Shown in pieces: positions 60,397-64,000 of a stretch of 64,000 nucleotides of DNA; position 1 is the first letter of the stretch, and each line of letters begins with the position of its first letter. Both the position numbers and the translations under genes were made by a program. The DNA is from Microcoleus sp. (GTDB lineage Bacteria > Cyanobacteriota > Cyanobacteriia > Cyanobacteriales > Microcoleaceae): assembly GCA_042408215.1 (NCBI GenBank), contig JAYFMW010000030.1:128001-192000 (forward strand), in the 5' to 3' direction. The notes under the pieces were generated by a model. The model did not search any database. It had not been told where the DNA came from and saw only the letters and a list, made by a program, of their open reading frames with translations.

Positions 60397-61941
60397 AAGA
60401 AATACCCTGAAAACCCTGTGACTTTAGTCCAGGGATGAAAGGGCGTGGCAGGATTTATCCTGCCTGTTCGTAAGTTTCAATATAACATAATGTTTAACCG
60501 TCCCCGGACAAATTCTTCTAGCAATTGAGACCAAGGTAAAGATTTGTTTAGGATTAATTAACTTGTTAATTCACGATATATACTAAACCTAGTGTCACAA
60601 TAGCCAGTAAGTTAAATGTACGCAGTACAAAAAGATGTTTGGCATTTAAAAGGACTCGACAAAACCATTGTCGAACAACTCTTGAGATGGTCAAATAATC
60701 TGTTTAATGTCGGAACTTACGAAAGTCGGCAACAATACTTTAAAAACCAAAGCGTAGTTAAATATCCAGATTTATATAAAATAGCCAAGACCAACGAAAA
60801 TTACGGGTTGCTATACTCTCAAGTTGCCCAACAATCTCTTAAATCTGTCGCAGAATCTTTTACTTCTTTCCGAGCCTTAGAGAAGTTGGCAAACAAAGGA
60901 GCAATTAATCAAAAACCGAGACTACCAAGGTACAGAACCAAAGGGGGAATGTACCCCGTTTCCTATCCCGGTCAAGCCTTAAAGGTAATTGGAAATAAAA
61001 TCAGATTACCCCTGGGGAAAAAAGGAAAAGAATACTTTGGGAAAGATGCGATTTGGGTGCCGCTACCTGAACGTATCAAGAATTGCCAGATCAAAGAACT
61101 CAGGTTAATCCCTAGAAATGGTGCGGTATGGGTCGAATATGTCCACGAATCCCTGACTGAACAAGCCCCTAGTTGCAGCTTGGAAGTGACAGGGGTTCTG
61201 GGCATCGATCACGGCATCAATAACTGGTTAACTTGTGTCTCTAGCGGTAAACCTTTCATCATTGATGGACGTAGACTCAAGTCTTGGAACCAATGGTTTA
61301 ACAAAGAAAAAGCGAGAGTTCAATCAGAACACGCAATACATAAATTACCCAAAGGTTTCTCGTCAAAAAGATTGCAGCAGTTGTCGGAAATTCGCACTAG
61401 AAGGATGAGAGATGCTGTCAACAAAGCAGTTAGAAGTATTATAGATTATTGCGAAGATCACCAAATCAATGTCTTAGTCTTTGGCTGGAACAAGGCACAG
61501 AAGCAAGAGGTTAATATGGGGGTCGTGACTAATCAGAATTTTGTCCAAATACCCACTGCTAAAGTCAAAGATAGACTCCAACAAGAATGCGACTTAAGGG
61601 GATGGCGATTTGTAGAACAAGATGAATCTTACACCTCAAAATCAAGTTTTTTAGACCGAGACATTTTGCCAGTAAAAGTCTGTGAAAAACCTGACAATTG
61701 GCAACCATCGGGTAAAAGAATCAAAAGAGGATTGTACTGTTCTAGCGCTGGGTTGTTAATCAATGCAGATGTTAACGGTGCAGCTAATATCATTAGAAAG
61801 TCAAAAGTAGCCATAGACTCAATTCTTGAGCGAGTGGGTAGGGGGTTTCTGACTAACCCTTTGAGAATTAAGCTTTGGGCGGATTCATCCCCCAAAGTTT
61901 GTCCTTAAGAATCCCCGTGTCTTTAGACCGGGGAGTGTCAA
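60397..61941 (+). mobile_element. IS200/IS605-family element, copy 2 (intact tnpB, tnpA eroded)
   Basis: Follows TTAT, ends ...gaccggggagtgTCAA; ends shared with copy 1. Confidence 0.92.
60616..61908 (+). CDS. tnpB: RNA-guided endonuclease TnpB
   Basis: LGIDHG (RuvC-I), QDESYTSK, NADVNGAANI (RuvC-III); 430 aa. Confidence 0.93.
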   Translation: MYAVQKDVWHLKGLDKTIVEQLLRWSNNLFNVGTYESRQQYFKNQSVVKYPDLYKIAKTNENYGLLYSQVAQQSLKSVAESFTSFRALEKLANKGAINQKPRLPRYRTKGGMYPVSYPGQALKVIGNKIRLPLGKKGKEYFGKDAIWVPLPERIKNCQIKELRLIPRNGAVWVEYVHESLTEQAPSCSLEVTGVLGIDHGINNWLTCVSSGKPFIIDGRRLKSWNQWFNKEKARVQSEHAIHKLPKGFSSKRLQQLSEIRTRRMRDAVNKAVRSIIDYCEDHQINVLVFGWNKAQKQEVNMGVVTNQNFVQIPTAKVKDRLQQECDLRGWRFVEQDESYTSKSSFLDRDILPVKVCEKPDNWQPSGKRIKRGLYCSSAGLLINADVNGAANIIRKSKVAIDSILERVGRGFLTNPLRIKLWADSSPKVCP

Positions 61942-62256
61942 AATTAATCCTAGCTTTCACCCCTACATTCTCCCACGCTGTCTAGATGCTAGTAAAGTGC
62001 GATCGACCTTGAACCAATTTAATTGAGATAGTCCTGGACGCAAAAACCCGGTTTCTGACAAAAATCTTCGCTTTTTTGGAGAAATGTTGACACAGGGTTT
62101 CCGCGAGAGCTCAACCACCGGGGGTTTTTGGCCCCCGTGCGTAAGTCCTGTGAGATTAACGAAGAAACGGAGTCAATGCGGGGAATCGGAATTTTCGCGG
62201 ATTCCCCACTACGCCAGATCCGCCCAAAATTTACAGTGTTGGACGGGTGGCAGAAT

Positions 62257-63634
62257 TTAATCTTGACAACAATTCTTGACATATTCCCGAAAAACAGAAG
62301 ACAATTTAAACAAGATTTTATCCTCTTTTATCTTCCTTACTAAATACCTTTGTTGTAAAGATTGTAAACCATTAATTAAATCCATTGATGATAAATCTAA
62401 ACTCTGTCTTAAATATTCTCTGGATACAGGCAGATCGAACTTACTTAATTCTAAAACAAGTTGCTGTTCTCTAGGTGATATTCTGTTAAATAACTGGTGA
62501 AAATTATATTGCATATCCTTGGTAATAATCAAGCTCTTATCGGCTAAGAACTCAGCAACATCCCCATCAAAAATCTTTTTAATTGAAATAGCAATACTTT
62601 TTAAATAAACTGGATTACCCTCATATAAATTAATTAACTTTAACCAACTATCCTCATCTTTCAATCCTGTACCTTTCAGAATTGCCACATCATCTAAACC
62701 TGACAACTCTAAACATTTGATCGGATATAATTCCTCATCTAAACACTCCATTTCCGCACATTGCTCTTGACTAATTAAAATCACATTACTTTGATGCTCA
62801 GTTCCTGTAATCATGGTAAAAAAGTTTTGGTAATCTTGATATTCAGATTTATATTGTCCAGCAAATTGAGCCGGTAGCAAAGATATTATGAACATCATCA
62901 AGAATAATCAAACATTTTTTGTCTCTCAAAACATCTAATAATTGTTTTAACTTATCATCTATAGTTTCTTTAGCTTCTTGTTTACAAGCATTCAATAAAT
63001 CATTAACCAATAACTCTAAAGGTTTAGGAAATTTTAGGCTTCTCCAGATAATTACTTCAAATTCTTGTAGATTGAGATCGACAAACCTTTTCACTAGAGT
63101 AGTTTTACCAATTCCACTCAATCCCAATACTGAGGTTAAACGAGTATTTTGATTTAAGATCCAATTAGAAATAGTTTTAAGTTGAGATTCTCTTGCGTAA
63201 AAATTGATGATTTGAGGAGCTATGGTTAAATCGTGATAATGTGATGTAGATTGAGTATTTATATCACTTTGCTTGAGCTTATTTATTGGGCTGAGTTGAT
63301 TTGATATTTGTGTAGGACAAAAATTATTATTACTGCCATTTATATGGTAAATATTATTGGAATTGTCAGATGATTCAATATATACTCTTTCTAAGCTAGA
63401 ACGAAAATTAGTTTTTTTTATATCCTCACCCAATATTTCAGATAAAAGTTGCCATAATTCAGCACCTACATCACCTACATGATTTTTAGTGACATAGCAC
63501 TTCTGGGCGATATCATCATAGGTTTGTCTTTCCCAAGTCCCCTCAACTACAGCCCTTTGAACATCATCTAGGTGCTTTCCAGTTCGTTCAACCACTAGGC
63601 GATCGACAAATTGTAACAGTTGGTTTACATTCAT
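62257..63634 (-). pseudogene. HTH + NB-ARC/STAND ATPase + winged helix protein, 1-bp frameshift
   Basis: GLSGIGKTT Walker A, LIILDD Walker B; the frame changes near 62880 into LPAQFAGQY...YEGNP. Confidence 0.8.
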
Positions 63635-63865
63635 AAAAACTATACAGGGCAAAGGTTTCATCCATTATAACTTAACCGGAATCCTATTTTTTCCGATCTT
63701 TTCCGATTTTTTGCTTAATATTGTGTAACAAAACTCCCGTTTAAATCCGAGTTTTTCCGATCGCACTCCCATATTTAATTTTGCTATGCTCTTAAAACAA
63801 ACGAGCACAGGCTTAAAAAGTCGTGCTTTTTCCGTTGTTGATGATTTTTTAGGAGCATTACTAAA

Positions 63866-64000
63866 ATGACACAAGCAAAAGAAAGATTACTCACTGATAC
63901 TCACTCACAAAATGATTGTATTGTTCTTGACCTTGAAGAATTTGACTTAAGTGACTTAGATGCACTCAAAAATACAGCACTTGGTAACGTTTTGGAAAAA
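63866..64000 (+). CDS. Partial ORF, possibly a small peptide precursor
   Basis: AGGAG at 63851, then MTQAKERLLTDTHSQNDCIVLDLEEFDLSDLDALKNTALGNVLEK, open to the window end. Confidence 0.55.
   Translation, partial: MTQAKERLLTDTHSQNDCIVLDLEEFDLSDLDALKNTALGNVLEK

Noticed and set aside
60616..61908. Cas12f / type V CRISPR effector
   Set aside because: Bounded by IS605 ends with a second copy in the window, and 25 kb from the arrays.
61942..62250. TPP riboswitch upstream of thiE
   Set aside because: No recognisable TPP aptamer core; the region is mostly dispersed repeats.

Overview
Chromosomal window of a filamentous cyanobacterium (abundant HIP1 GCGATCGC, heptamer STRR tracts, ccmP; Oscillatoriales/Microcoleus-like by inference). 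From left to right: (1) the end of a decaying integrative element inserted at tRNA-Ser(CGA), carrying a primase-helicase, small membrane genes, a tyrosine integrase and an att remnant, and hit by an IS605-group tnpB element. (2) An ORF-less group II intron sitting in the terminal repeat of a miniature repeat element. (3) Housekeeping genes (cobD, HU, pilMNOQ, sugar-binding protein) and a 430-bp IS605-type miniature element upstream of pilM. (4) A type III-B variant CRISPR-Cmr locus flanked by two arrays (14 and 20 repeats) with homologous leaders and no cas1, cas2 or cas6. Its ancillary set is unusual: tandem Csx3-Csx3-P-loop NTPase, WYL/TIGR03985, RelA/SpoT-type HD protein and stand-alone SAVED-like protein. 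(5) More core genes (folC, rsmI, cysQ, dprA, ccmP, pyrE, thiS, thiE), two orphan C5 methyltransferases (one frameshifted at a T7 tract), a 1.6-kaa RTX surface protein, an intact tnpB element immediately upstream of thiE, a frameshifted NB-ARC gene and a possible RiPP precursor cut by the window end. The best candidate for an undescribed system is the CRISPR ancillary module (23113-27204). All family assignments come from motif recognition by eye, not from database searches.
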